This document shows, piece by piece, positions 14,528 to 27,138 of a stretch of DNA of 64,000 nt. Below the pieces are notes generated by a model. That model was not told the origin of the DNA, ran no database searches, and saw nothing but the letters and a program-made list of their open reading frames with translations. A program made the position numbers and the translations under genes. This DNA is from Parasitella parasitica NRRL 2501 (Eukaryota > Fungi > Mucoromycota), in NCBI GenBank assembly GCA_025201805.1, contig MU619242.1, forward strand, positions 329,507 through 393,506, in the 5' to 3' direction. The stretch's first letter is position 1, and the number at the start of each line of letters is the position of its first letter.

Positions 14528-17053
14528 CTACACGGTGATAAATTCACTAAATCGCAAATCTGATTCCTCACTTAAATATTCCATCCACCTCTTCAGGAAC
14601 CCACCATCGAAACGAGGGGCATGCTTTGAGCCACCCTTTGATCCCAGCAAGGTCTCTGAATCACAAATAACACATAAATGTCTCTTGGCTCTTGTCATGG
14701 CAACTGTAAAATTTGATCAGTCCAATTTTTGCTCTCATGTCGCTAAAATATCTCTTCAAGCATACCGTTTAATCTTCTTTTCTCGGCCAAAAACCCAACT
14801 TCTCCAGTATCATTTGACCGAACCAGTGACAACAAGATTGCTTCCTTTTCTCTCCCTTGAAACCCGTCCACAGTGCCAATTTCAATTCTTGGCCAATGCT
14901 CGCGGATATCTCTCTTTAATTTAGACACTTGGGCTGCGTAAGGTGTAATAACACCAATTTGGTCCTCTTCAAGCCCGTCTTTTAGTAAAGCACGAATATG
15001 CACTAACGCCAACTCAACTTCCAATTCATTTGCTTTACTTTGCTCTTCTTGATTATCGTCTGTGATTTCATGTCCCAAGCCAGTATCGCTGGTATCCATC
15101 ATGACCAGTGGGACATTTGTATCCTCTGAAATTTCAACGTCGGGCAGATCTTTTAACAGATGATTAGCAACACTTTTATCGGCGATGAGCTTGTTATCGT
15201 ATAGTTCTTTGGAACTGAATTCCATGATTTTCTGGTGCATGCGATACTGTACCATGAGCATTCGTTTAACTCGTTCCCCATACATGCTCAGCAAACGATC
15301 AAATAATGTGGTTGATAGATCAGTGTCTATGGACATGCCTCCTTTCTTGAGTTTTTTGTTTGTGTCCAACTTGACAGGCGTCTTGATTGTAGGCGGTAGT
15401 TGTAAATGATCTCCTGCCTATTGCATATCACAGAATGTTAGAATATCTATCCCAAGTAGAGTCTCGGTTGCATTATACCAAAATAGCCTTCTTTGCTTTC
15501 AGTAGTGCTATCCAGCATTCCGCTTCTAACGCCTGAGTGGCTTCGTCAATAATAACAACGTCGAAATCTCGATTCCACATATTCTTGCTTGCAGCACTAA
15601 CACGACGAAACACTTGTTGGCTTGAGAAAAAATTATCACAAGTGTCAGGATATATACCCGTTCAATGTGGAAATTGTAACTTGCGCAGTAGTCAACACTT
15701 GGTCGACTACCTTCTTTTCTCTTACGCGATAATCCTTCCTGAGGTCTTTCACAAGTCCATACATAGACCTTCTCTCTGATCGACTCTTTGTCTTTCCAAT
15801 TTTTGCCAAGGTTTCGTCCATTTCTTTCCTGATGTCGGATACAATTTGACCTGAATCACACGTACGAGTGATGATGTCCAGTGTGTGGTTTAATACAGAT
15901 GGCAATACCCTTGCAGGGTGGCCCACACGAACAATATCAAGCCTGTGTTGAGCAAGTCTTTCCACCAGATTGTCTATGCGCCATTCTTTAAAAGGCCACG
16001 ACCGAATAAAGAAATCGTTCCATCACTTACCGACAGATATGTTTGAAGGACCACAGACAAGCACTCGTTTGTTTTGATTCACTGCCAGTTGGCGAATAAT
16101 TTCCACAAGAGTATACGTCTTACCTGTCTGCGAATTGGGGGGGGGGGGTTTGTCAGAGGCAATGTATTTGACAGAGGATAATTGAAACTTACACCCGGCG
16201 GACCATGGATAAGCGCTACTTCAGGAGACCCCAAGGCAAATCGAACTGCTTCCTTTTGTGATTCATTCAGTGTTTGATCAAAGAAATCTATGTCTGTGGG
16301 TGATGTATTCGAAAGGTCTGATTGGCCCAGCAAAACGTTAATGAGACTGGAGCCACCCTCCTCACAACGTTTTTGTAGCCTTTCTAATCCTTTCAACATT
16401 CTAAAGCGACTCAATTCTGTGTGCTATCGTCGTATCTGTCTCACAACGTTACCTTTCATACGTGATACTGTTTGCAAGCTTGACTCTATTGCCACAAATA
16501 CCAACATTAGTTTGGAATAACTACCTGCGGATGACAAGCGCTCACATTTGACAACGTTCCTGAATTTCTGAGGGCAATTCTTCGTCCATTTCCTGTAGTG
16601 CCAATGTAATCTTTGCGTCTGCTACTCGTAATACAACGCCAGACCATTTGCCAACTTGTTGAGAAGGTTTGTCCTTTTTGTACTCATCCAATCCAACAAT
16701 GTCACCAGTCGTAATCCTATGCGCAGGGAAAATAGGCGGCAATATGCTTGGATTGGCAAGTTCCAAGTCAACCAAACTAGTGTGTATGTGAGATCCATGT
16801 GTGTATTAATGTATATTCAACTGATATGTACCTCTTTCCTCCTAAACCTGTCCTTATACCTTTGAAAGCATGAGACTGGCTGGTTCATTCTGTGTTTAAT
16901 CTGCTCACCTGTCACTTTGAGGCCAACAAGCGCTACGCCGCGACGCTGCAACTGGATTGGAGCATAAGCCGATAGCAATTTGAGAGTATCTTCGACATCT
17001 ATTTTCCTCTCTGTTTCTACTAGTTTGATTTGATGAGCAATAAACTTCTCCAT
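14528..17053 (-). CDS. HCS1: SF1 DNA/RNA helicase, IGHMBP2/SMUBP-2/Hcs1 family
   Basis: LIHGPPG|[67 protein letters not shown]. Confidence 0.93.
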
Positions 17054-17439
17054 CTTGACGTTTTGACAAAAGTAATTGAATAACGCGCATAAACAGAGTG
17101 ATGTTTAAAAATGAACCAACTTGCACTGCCTGGAAAACCGTGAGTGACTCGTCGTAACCAGGACATATTGCTTTGTGATTATTCGAAACAAAGTTTCTAT
17201 AGACACGAATACTGGTATGAAAGTGGTGTGTCCATCCTTTGCTTTCACCCTTGTCTATTGGTGCTGTTGTTTGTTTGATCACCAATGAGTTCTTTGGTAG
17301 TGAAGCTGCTCAAGCTATGACCGTATTGGCTTTGCCAGAGAAATCTCCCAACGTCCAAGAACGTGTCTGGAAAAAAAAAAGGGGGGGGGGGGATGTGATG
17401 CTGATGAACTCGATAAATCAGAAATAGTTTTCAAATGAA

Positions 17440-17945
17440 AAGATCGCTACACACTGGCAAAGAATCATTAGTTTTCAAGATTGCAACAAGTACTCTTTAT
17501 CCTCAGAGATATTAAAGAATGGAGAGAACCAGTTGGCTAGATTTGTCTCTCATTGTCCATATCTCGAGACTTACAATGTCAACATACACTCAATCACACC
17601 GGCGATTCCGAGAGTAATGGATGCAAGTGGAGTTAAATGAAAGGCGATGATGAAGATCGACTATTCACATGTTCGATATTACGAGAAAGTCATGATGAAG
17701 GAAACCTTTGAAGCCTTGAAAGCTTTCCCAAACCTCAAGAATTTAAACCTGTAAGGCGAAGACTATTTTCGTTTCCCCTAATTTTCTCTCTGTGATTTTT
17801 TGAGGAAAAACTGCATTTGGAATCACTCGAGCTAAAAGATTGAGAAATTGAAGATCGAAACCCCCTATCGAAATCTCGGGATGACCTTTTGAGCGAATTT
17901 ACAGAAATAACAAGAACTAAATTGGTCTTGGATAACGTTGTTTAA
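17440..17945 (+). pseudogene. Degenerate LRR (F-box/LRR-type) relic
   Basis: Fragments FVSHCPYLE, LKAFPNLKNLNL, LHLESLELKD interrupted by stops and frameshifts. Confidence 0.4.
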
Positions 17946-18182
17946 AAGATATATTAACGGCTTAAACTTGTATTCATACTCGTGGCTCTGTACTCTTGAC
18001 TAAAGTTGGATTCGATCATTTAGAAATGTATAATGTATTTTTTTTTTAGGTAGCAGTTTTGTTTATTCAAAAAGATAAAGATGAAAGATGAAATCTACGG
18101 CATCCATGTAAAGCAAAAAAACACGAGTTAAACAAATTTTACAAACAAAGTATAAGATGGTGAAAAGAACTGTCCAATTCAG

Positions 18183-18944
18183 TTAAAGTTCATAGCTCCC
18201 TTCACTGTCAGTTCTGTCAGCGCTGCCAGCATCGCTCTCACTCTCTTCTTCAGATGAGCCATAAGATTCCAAGATATCTTCAAGTTCTGCAATCCTCGAT
18301 CGAACAAATCTTGCTCTTTCACGCACTTGATTCCGTTCTGAACACAAATCTTCTTCCTTTGCGTTCAAACCGTCTTGTTTTTCCTCCATATTGGCCTCTT
18401 CTTCGCTCAAGTCCCTTTCTTGATCTTCTAACTCGCCCAATTCTTCTTCTACTGCTGCAAGTCTTTCCTGCCACTCGTCTCTTTTGTATTCGAAATGTCC
18501 ACGTTCTTCCTCAAATCTAGTTGGCCCATAGCTCATCTCACGTAACTCTGCGCCTACTTCTTTCATTCGTGATTCAACTGCGTATAATTCAGCAAGCAGT
18601 TCTTCCTTTTTATCGCAGAGGTCGTCATACTCTTCCTCTAATTCATTCTGTTCGGTATTGAATTCTTCTTCGCGAGCATTAACGTCTTCAATCTCCTCAT
18701 CCAATACGTCTATTTCGCCTGCAAATTGTTCTTTCCTTCCATCCAAATCGCCTCGCTCTGTCTCCATGCAGTCTAACTCTCTAAGAATTTCTTTTGTCCT
18801 GTGGTGCATATCTTCTCGATCTTCAATCACTGCTTCTAATTCTGACTCAATTTCGTCTTCTCTGTCATCAAGCTCTCTTTTTTCGGCGTATAAATCGTCT
18901 CGTTCTTCAAGCAATTCTTCTCTGGACATGTTGTGTGGCTGCAT
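18183..18944 (-). CDS. Intronless, highly acidic heptad coiled-coil protein (253 aa), unknown function
   Basis: Clean ATG-TAA ORF; about 36% Asp+Glu by hand count, continuous heptad pattern. Confidence 0.75.
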   Translation of the reverse strand: MQPHNMSREELLEERDDLYAEKRELDDREDEIESELEAVIEDREDMHHRTKEILRELDCMETERGDLDGRKEQFAGEIDVLDEEIEDVNAREEEFNTEQNELEEEYDDLCDKKEELLAELYAVESRMKEVGAELREMSYGPTRFEEERGHFEYKRDEWQERLAAVEEELGELEDQERDLSEEEANMEEKQDGLNAKEEDLCSERNQVRERARFVRSRIAELEDILESYGSSEEESESDAGSADRTDSEGSYEL

Positions 18945-19657
18945 GAGACTATTGATATCAGTTCAGTGGAAACAAAAGATGAAAGAAAGAAAGAGAAAAG
19001 AAAAATACTGTCCATTATCAACCTGATATAATGAATCACATTGTCCCTAATCATCAGCATCTAAATTGATGGTTTGGGGTTGTGATGTCTATAGCTTCTT
19101 TACTTACGTAAAATTGCGGTTGACATATTATCAGCTGCTCAGTTTTGATACGAAAATCATCATCATAGACATTCTCAATGGCAATGTCGCAACCAGTGTT
19201 TTTGAATTGTCGTAAAGCGTCTCTGGGATCTATATATATCTTGGATCATTGTAAAAAAACAAAAAAAAAAAAAAGGCTCCTTAAAAGGTGCTTTTCTAAC
19301 AATGATATATCTGGTGTCCATTTCTTTATTGAAAAGGCCCTCAAGGTTGATTTTTCTCAATGTTAAGGTAATCAAGATGCATCGTCTGCAGGGTGCCAGT
19401 AAAATGGAGTGACGAACCTAAAAATGGGGTACGAATCCATGGTGAAACGGCCAAAGTCTTCAATTGAGTTTTGCAAAACCAAAAGCTGCATTCTGCTATT
19501 TGCCAAACTCTCCAAGACTACAGACACTTGTCGAGCAACTATTAATAACACTTTTTGTGCATAAAAAAAGACAATCCAAGAAAATAACAATTACTTGCTA
19601 CTCTATTTTATTGCAAATCATTTTTACACGGCCATGAGAATCCAAAGAAGAATCAGC

Positions 19658-22049
19658 TTAGGATTTGGCACGTTTACTGTTCACACTTTTTCTTGATTTA
19701 CGAGTAGCCTTGATTTCAGGTGGTGCTTTTTCAGAGATATCAAGAGAAGTAGGAGTATCAGCTTGTTTTACCCTCTCTTTTGTTTCTTCTTCTTCAACAC
19801 GCTTTTCAATCTTCTTGCTGTTTGCTATAGCTCTCTTTGTAGTTTTACGAACCTGGGTCACCTCCTCCTCCATTTGGCCACCCACATCAACCTTTTTTTT
19901 TATTGCTCTCTTTGTAGATTTGCGCGGCTTTGATATTACTTTGACATTCTCACTGTATTCGTCATCGCCATTCTCTAATTTATCCTTCAATGCATCGTCT
20001 TGTGCCTTTCTCTTTTTGGCTTGTTTTACGCTCTTTCGGCCACTAGTTTGTGTTGATTCAATGCCGGTTTGAGGTATCCAAGATTTAGCATCGACAGGGT
20101 ACAAATCAAACAATCTATACAAATGGAAAACAGCTTGCTCTATTGTCATTTTCAGTGGTGAGCATCTCAAAGCAGACATGTTATCGTGGCACCAAGATTA
20201 CCTTTGTCTTTTGCCTCAATCATCAAATCGACATCATCTGTGGTAGGCGGTAGGTTCTATTTGCATATACAGTTACATAGACCATTCGAATCTCTATAAT
20301 TCCGCTATACTTTACCTGCACACGATCACTATGCGCCCTTTTCTCCATCTGCGACACTGCGCCATTTCTCGATTCCGAATAGTGTTGCTGATACGACCAT
20401 TAGCTCTCTGTCTGAATAATACAACCACTGTAGCCATATATATCTACCTTGGGCTTAATGCCTTTGTCAGTCCAGGTTTTGTTGATGGCGGGTAGCAACG
20501 ATAGTAAATCTGTAGCATTACCTGGATTAAGACTATGTGTAGAATTGTTTAGCAAGCTCACAAAGACATATTGTTTTCTTTCCGACTTACTGATGATGGT
20601 GCCAGTCCAGCACTAGAGGGATCCCAAGTTTCTGGCAGATGGGCAGTAGATCAGAAACAGAGTAGCCTAGCTCATCATTCTCCAAGACTAATCTTCTCTT
20701 GATATTTTCAGGCAACTTGACATACTCTTGTTCAAATCTCTGACAAATTGGTTAGATGATTTAAATTTTTAGTCATTTTTGACAGCTTACGGCTAATGCT
20801 GCTTCTCTATCACCTACATGTCAATGTCATAGATTAGATCATGTTTTGCAAATAAGATAACTTTTTTTTTTACCATAAACACCGCCCATATGTCTTGCAT
20901 ATACGTTATTAGATTTTAGATGCCTCTTTTATGCGATATTCTACTTACATTATCATTACAGCATCCTGGTCCAAGCCCATCAAATCCATTAAACATGCAT
21001 GATCTATAGACAAACATTCATTGCAATGAGGATCAAAATTCCAAAAAAAAAAAAAAAAATAGCTAACAGTGAAGTTCTCTAATAGTATTGGCGATAACTT
21101 TGGGTGTAAGTGAGACAAGCTGATTGTATTGCCCGGGATGCATTGTCTATATGTAGACTCAAGGTTAATACGCCAAACAGGATTATGGTAGAAGCGTCAC
21201 TTACCAATCTATGGTTATATCTTTTAGCCAAATCGCCTGCCTCTTTTAATTCCTTTTTCGCAAAATCGATATCGTATCTAGCAACATGGCGTTATTACTG
21301 ATGAGCGCCGTAAGATTACTGCTGTTACCCAATCTTTTCATGGCTCGCGAAGGGGAACATGTCGCTTGAGAGTCGCATGAATCTGATATTGTTGTCTGTC
21401 GACTGTATTAGATCCAGCCACTATTCACCAATAAGCAATCACTTGCCTTCGTTCCATTGAATCATGGTTTTCATATCTGCAACGTTCTATATAGACATTC
21501 GTGATTTTAATACAGCAAGTTATTTCCTCATGTAATGCATACCGCCAAAGCGATTTCCTTAACAAACTCATGGCCCTTCTCCGCAACAGTAGCTATTTAT
21601 GATACAAGCAATCAATTTCTTTGGCAAAAGTATCTTTTTGTTAGAAAAAAAAAGTCATCATACCTAATCTGCATGTTCTTGCACTGAAAACAGTAGGTTT
21701 CTGTTTGCGCAAAATGGTATTCATGCAACTAAACATGTATCAGCATTAGTTTGTCGTGAATACAACACCCCCCCCCCGCCTCCCTCCCTCTGCAGCCATT
21801 GCTGGTTACATACGCATAACCAAGGCGTCCTTTGAATGATCGAGGATTATCATGCACATATCTTGTGCTGTCAAATGTCGCAGCGGTTTCTGTCAAATTT
21901 TCTTGCAAATTTGTCAAGATCTTGTCTTCTTTTTTAGATAAAGTATTCATGCTTGCAGTTGCAGCCGTGGCTGATTCTAGCTTGACAGCTTTTGATCTCA
22001 TTCTTTTCAAGCAGCTTTGGAACAAATTTTTATAATGAAAAAGTAGCAT
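19658..22049 (-). CDS. UVE1: UV-damage endonuclease UvdE/Uve1
   Basis: GRLGYA|CMN, FSARTCR, IRFMRLSSDMFPFASH, HPGQYNQL, HMGGVYG, RLVLENDE, PLVLDWHH, QHYSESR, RAHSD, LMIEAKDK; basic C-terminal tail. Confidence 0.95.
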
Positions 22050-22202
22050 GAAGCAGAAAATGGAAGTTTTTTTTATTTTTATTTGTTAGTGGCACATACA
22101 ACTGCATCAGAGAAATCACACTCGATCTCGATTCGCAATGAGTTTGTGTGACTCCCTCGTTTCGCTGATACTGCTGAATGCCAATGCTATTGTAAATCGG
22201 AA

Positions 22203-22280
22203 TCACTGCTATTGCTTACTGCTGCTACTGCTACTGCTGCTATTGCCACTGTTACTATTACTGTTGTTATTTATTGCTGC
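22203..22280. repeat. Degenerate (GCT/ACT)n trinucleotide tract in the MCT1 3' flank
   Basis: gctgctactgctactgctgctattgccactgttactatt. Confidence 0.5.
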
Positions 22281-23653
22281 TTAAGCAAAGGAGGGTTCAT
22301 CGGGCTTATCCTTTTTACGATTGTATTCCAAAGCATGCCGCAAAATGTCATCGGCGCTAGTGATTGTTCGGATCTTGTCTAATGGATATTCTTTCTTTAG
22401 CAAATTTGCTAAAACTTTGCCAGGTCCAAAGCATAAAAAGTCGTCAATGTCTTGTCCTTTACAATAATTTATACTGCGTTCCCATTCCACTGTGGCTACA
22501 ACCTGCTCAACTAGCCTTTTTGGGATTTCCTCGGCATTTGTATACTAAGCAAGAAGTCAGCATCGGACATGTAGCGTCTTGAATTTACATACTGGTTTTG
22601 CAGTGACATTGGACACTACTTCGACACATGGCATCTTGATCTCAACGCTCTTCAATGCATCCTCCATCACATCAGCAGCCTCTTGCATTAATTCACAATG
22701 AAAAGGAGCACTGGCCACTAGCACATTAATATGATACGCTTTGCCGAGGAAGTCTCTGCTTACCTGACAGGCAGATCAACTGCACGAGCAGCAAATCGTC
22801 GTTCTTGCAGGATACGCGATGCCTGATCCACGCCCTGACTAGTACCGCTAATTACCACTTGAAAAGACTACAACATCAAGTTAGCAGCCAAAAACACCCA
22901 TTGGATGCGCCACAACCGGGGTACTTACACTGTTGATATTAGCTACCGCTACCAATTCACCTTTTGGAAGGTTTGCTTTGATTTCCACCATGGCCTTTTC
23001 TAAATCGGCAAGTTTATCCTTTCTGACGACAAGGGCAGACATTGCGGTTTTCCCCTGTTTATCAGCAACAGCGCGGGTCATTGTCTCACCACGCAAACGT
23101 ACCAAACGCACGGCATCTGTCAAAGACATGGCCTTGGAAGCCACTAGGGCTGTATATTCTCCCAGCGAGTGGCCTAATGCATGATTGCATGCTTTAAAAA
23201 TATCAAACCCGAATTCTGTTTCCAATACCCGTAACATGGCAATTGAGGTAGTGAGTATGGCCGGCTGTGCGTTCTCGGTCAGCTTTAATTTATCCTGTTG
23301 CCCTTCAAAAATAAGGGCACGAAGTCCATTTCCAAGCGCTTCGTCTGCTTCGTCGAATACAAGTTTGGCACTTCTTGGATACAGGTTGTAGAGATCTTTT
23401 CCCATACCTACATATTGAGACCCTTGGCCTATCACCTCCTGTTTAGACGGCTGTCCTCTTTATAACAATGCGCTATTACTTTACCTGGAAACAGAATAGC
23501 GCGGTGAGAACGCTCAATGCCTGCGGTACTCTGCATGTGTGTATTCGATAGTGTATAATTTTAGCATTTCAGTAGTAAAACATGTTTAACTCTCCATACC
23601 ATCCAATTACGGCGACCTAGGACCTTGGTTGTTGCATTTCTGAGGTTATTCAT
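22281..23653 (-). CDS. MCT1: Mitochondrial malonyl-CoA:ACP transacylase (FabD)
   Basis: LFPGQGSQYVGMG, TENAQPAIL, GHSLGEY, ANINS, SAPFHC; basic N-terminal presequence. Confidence 0.95.
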
Positions 23654-23883
23654 GATTGGAAAACAAAAGGTGAGAAAAGGGAGATATAGAAATACTGTTT
23701 TTCTAATAAAAACCAGCAATGTGGTTGCACACAGCAACATAGCTAACATTTGAAACTCACGAATCACAGCACACATTCATCATCATTACAAAAAAAAAAA
23801 AAATACGACATGCTCTCAACAAGAAATAAATTTATATTATGAAAAGTGTATGTATATATGTATAAAAAAAAAAAGCAGTAAAT

Positions 23884-24543
23884 TTACAAAAGATCGTAAT
23901 CGTCCAACTGATAAAATAGTTAGACATTTTACATAAAACCCAAATGCCAAACCTTACCTTGTCATTGTACTTCATGATCTTTCTCTTGATCTTTGAAGTA
24001 TCCACCCAGGTAACGTAATCTTCCATGGTGCGATTCACCAAAAATGCAGGGTCTGTCACTGTTTGAGGTCCAACTCGAATATGCCCTTGCTCAACAAACG
24101 TAACTGCCTCCTTTACCGTTTCCGCCATCTTTAGTCGACACATGACAATAGGCAAGCGCCTGCGACAAAAAGCAGATACTGTTACTTTGCGGCAATCTGA
24201 GAATTTCGTAGTAGCTGTAATAATGCCCATGTTGTACAGCTTTTCTAACAGTGCCTTTTCTTGCTGTGTACGGAAAGGATCACGAGCGTCTAATAAAGAA
24301 ATCTTGTTTGCTAATTGCCGAATGCTGCCAACCAACTTGTTGTATCTATGTTACATTCGATATTAGTATATTGCAGCTACACCGGATGAGCTGTGTTTTT
24401 TTTTTTTACTTGTGATAGTCTTCTCTTTGTTGAAGGAAATATCTGCGGATGACCTTCATCTCACGTATCGTATCTTCCTTTTTCCATTGCAGGAAATCAA
24501 CCTTCTTTAACAGCTTTTGCTCGTGGTGCTTCAATTGTCTCAT
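23884..24543 (-). CDS. IMP3: U3 snoRNP protein Imp3
   Basis: [67 protein letters not shown]. Confidence 0.96.
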
Positions 24544-24859
24544 ATTGGTGGTGGTTGTGAATAAAGAGCACTTTTAACGATTTTTTTTTTTTTCTTCAGA
24601 AAAGAAAAGACAGTTCAACATTGATACCAAGCCACTCAGGGACAAATACTCTTTATGGTGATGCTATCAGTCGCTGATCTACAAGAAGTGTATTTCGTAT
24701 AGTTCTATAATAAGATGATGTATAGTAGCTGTATACACTCTAACTGTTTTGAACATGGCGCTTTAATATACTACTATTTTTATTTTAATGGCACCAAACA
24801 AGCGTAGGATTGATTCAATGTGTGGCCCGCATGTACTCTCGGTCTCATCTCCCTGTTAC

Positions 24860-26330
24860 TTATTACTTACTATATAAAACTGTACTTGTACGTTCCAAAG
24901 TACCGTTGTTACTATTTGCATCTGTTGTTACTATTTGCATCTGTTGTTGTTGACATGTTATCTTTAAAGTAACAGTTATTATAAATTATTTCTACTATAT
25001 TGTACAAACGGTCAAAGTATGGAATTAGCTGCGGTAATTCATCAAGTGAAATGGGGAGTCTTAGATTGTTCAATTCAGTCATAATACACACACCATCAAC
25101 ATTTTGACATATATAGAATTGCAGATTGGTGCCTAAAGTTCATGATGATGTAAGTAACCAGTTGCCAGACAATATATTTATCGGTCTACAAAGTATACAA
25201 CTTACCAATAGCCATTACTTGGAAATTTTATTTAGGCTGTATTTGGAAAGGGCAGTTTTACCAAAGATCCCCAAACGATGCAAATCAACATTTATCTTCT
25301 GGCGATTGGTAGCATAATCAATGGTTTTTACTTGGACATAGCCAATAGTTTCACGATCATTTTCAATACAACCATCTGGTCTATTATTAGTGGCTGCTGG
25401 TTGGTCTTCATTACTATTGCAGCTGAAAGTGATTGTGTTAATCCATTTAAAAAGCATGTTATCGTCTTCATTACTATCAAACAAGGATTGAAAGAATGGT
25501 TGCAAATAACGAGCGCACAACTCATGCTCTTTTACTTTCTTCTGTTGTGTGTTGCTCGGAAGGGTTTCAACTAACGCTTTGAAGCATAGCAACAACTTGA
25601 CAAGTATTGGATCCATATCTTCAGTTAAAGTATTACTAACCTTTTTCAAGGCATTGATCTTGGTCAACACTCCGTTGCTGAGATCGTTGGCAAATTTAAA
25701 TTTTAGGCTTTCAAAAATATTCTTTCGAACGCTGTCAAAGCTTGTGGTTTTGAAATAATTATCCAATTCAGCGTCATAGACATATTTTTTAACTATCAAA
25801 ATATTTGACAAGGCAAGGATTTGTTGAAGATTGGACTCGTAACTGAGCAATTTTGAGTCGTTGATACTGTTAAAAGTGTCAAGTTTGAAATCAAAAAATG
25901 CCTTTTGAAGACTACTGTGATTCCTGCTGCTGTTACTGACACAGTTTTCTCTAATCAGACTCTTTGCTTCATCTAAAGTTATCGTTTCTACACTCTCAGC
26001 GACTGAAGAGCTGCGATTCATAGATACAATACTATGGTTGGCAGGAGAGGTACTTGCAGCGCTTGTTGCTTTAGTGCATGAGTCAATGTTGATTTCGTTA
26101 TTTTGATTACATTGATCTTGAACGTTCTTACGATGAGCCCAGTACTGCTGAGCTTGCTTGCTTCTTTTCCACTTATTGAATTTCGAAGGAACTTGTTCTC
26201 TCTTCTCTTTATCTGAAATGTATTCTGTGATTTCTTTAAATCTTCTGATTGCAGTTGTTTGAGAATACGACTGAAAGAAATCAAAGAAAGACAAATGAGA
26301 TAATGTCATTAGATTTTTTTTTGTAGCCAC
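24860..26330 (-). pseudogene. PD-(D/E)xK restriction-endonuclease-fold protein (Mucorales multigene/Crinkler-like REase type), disrupted
   Basis: EHELCARYLQPFFQSLF..FKW..NRPDGCI..IGYVQVKT..DLHRLGIFGK. A 1-nt frameshift near 25225 restores FQVMAIG|intron|TNLQFY..ELNNLRLPISL. Also a GTG in ATG-like context, ExK changed to QVK, and a 19-bp tandem duplication at ~24906-24943. Confidence 0.7.
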
Positions 26331-26440
26331 GTTGTTTTGCTGAGTTTTCTATTTTGGCGTTGTTTTGTTCGCATGTTGATGGTGTGTGTATATGACTGAA
26401 TTGAACAGTCTAAGACTCCCATTTCACTTGATGAATTACC
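25033..26440. repeat. 70/68-bp inverted repeat pair (25033-25102 and 26373-26440)
   Basis: The reverse complement of the left arm matches the right arm with 1 substitution and two 1-nt deletions. Confidence 0.97.
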
Positions 26441-26826
26441 ACCAACATTTTCAAAAAAGTGTCTAAAAAGGAGAAGTGGCTTCCAAGGAGACGTAGTGGT
26501 TACATTACTGCTTTGTTGGAATCATGCAGCAGATCAGCTATTCTACACTAAACAAAATTGATGTCTTTCCCACGGCAACGTATGCCATTGTTTCAACTTT
26601 ATAGTCATCAAATCAAGGAGGCAAATGCTTTATTTGGTAATAACTCTTTTTTTTCTTCCTTTCAATCTGTCTGTTTTAGCAATGTATTGCTGATTCAGTG
26701 AGAGCAGCTGGTATGATAGAAGTCGATATTTTGAAGTCGTGGCAGAACAAACAGGGAATGGTACAATAGTTTCTGCGCAAATAAATGGGAGATTAGCTTC
26801 ATCGCTTACATGACCTCAAAATGCTT

Positions 26827-27138
26827 TCAATAGTAATTAGCATTGTGGTCAATGTTGTAGGTCTTTGCTTGTACACGATGAAGAGATATGCTTTGTCCTG
26901 AATATATAACTCTTCTGTACGGGTCAGAACAATGACTGTCTCGATGAATTTTGAGTGCTCCGATGCCATTATATTGTATTTCCATTGATTCAGAATCGCG
27001 AGGGAAGTCGTAGCACGTATTTTCGGCAAGCTGTGAATTTATTACCTCACCGTTAACAGATATGGTGTCACCGTCCTGGGCAGAGGCAAAAGAGAGAGCA
27101 GCGAGGAAGAGTGAAATTGAAAAAAACTTGAGTACCAT
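26827..27138 (-). CDS. Small secreted protein (103 aa, signal peptide, 2 Cys)
   Basis: MVLKFFSISLFLAALSFASA signal peptide; A-rich start context; TATA-like element upstream. Confidence 0.7.
   Translation of the reverse strand: MVLKFFSISLFLAALSFASAQDGDTISVNGEVINSQLAENTCYDFPRDSESMEIQYNGIGALKIHRDSHCSDPYRRVIYSGQSISLHRVQAKTYNIDHNANYY

Noticed and set aside
16905-17285. 126-aa ORF overlapping the HCS1 start
   Set aside because: No recognisable motifs; overlaps a real gene out of frame.
13860-21777. Several G/C homopolymers of 11-13 nt (13860, 16137, 17381, 21767)
   Set aside because: Intronic or intergenic slippage tracts with no shared context.
25033-26440. Inverted repeat as the TIRs of a DNA transposon
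   Set aside because: The left arm is internal coding sequence that continues beyond it; there is no TSD and no DDE motif.
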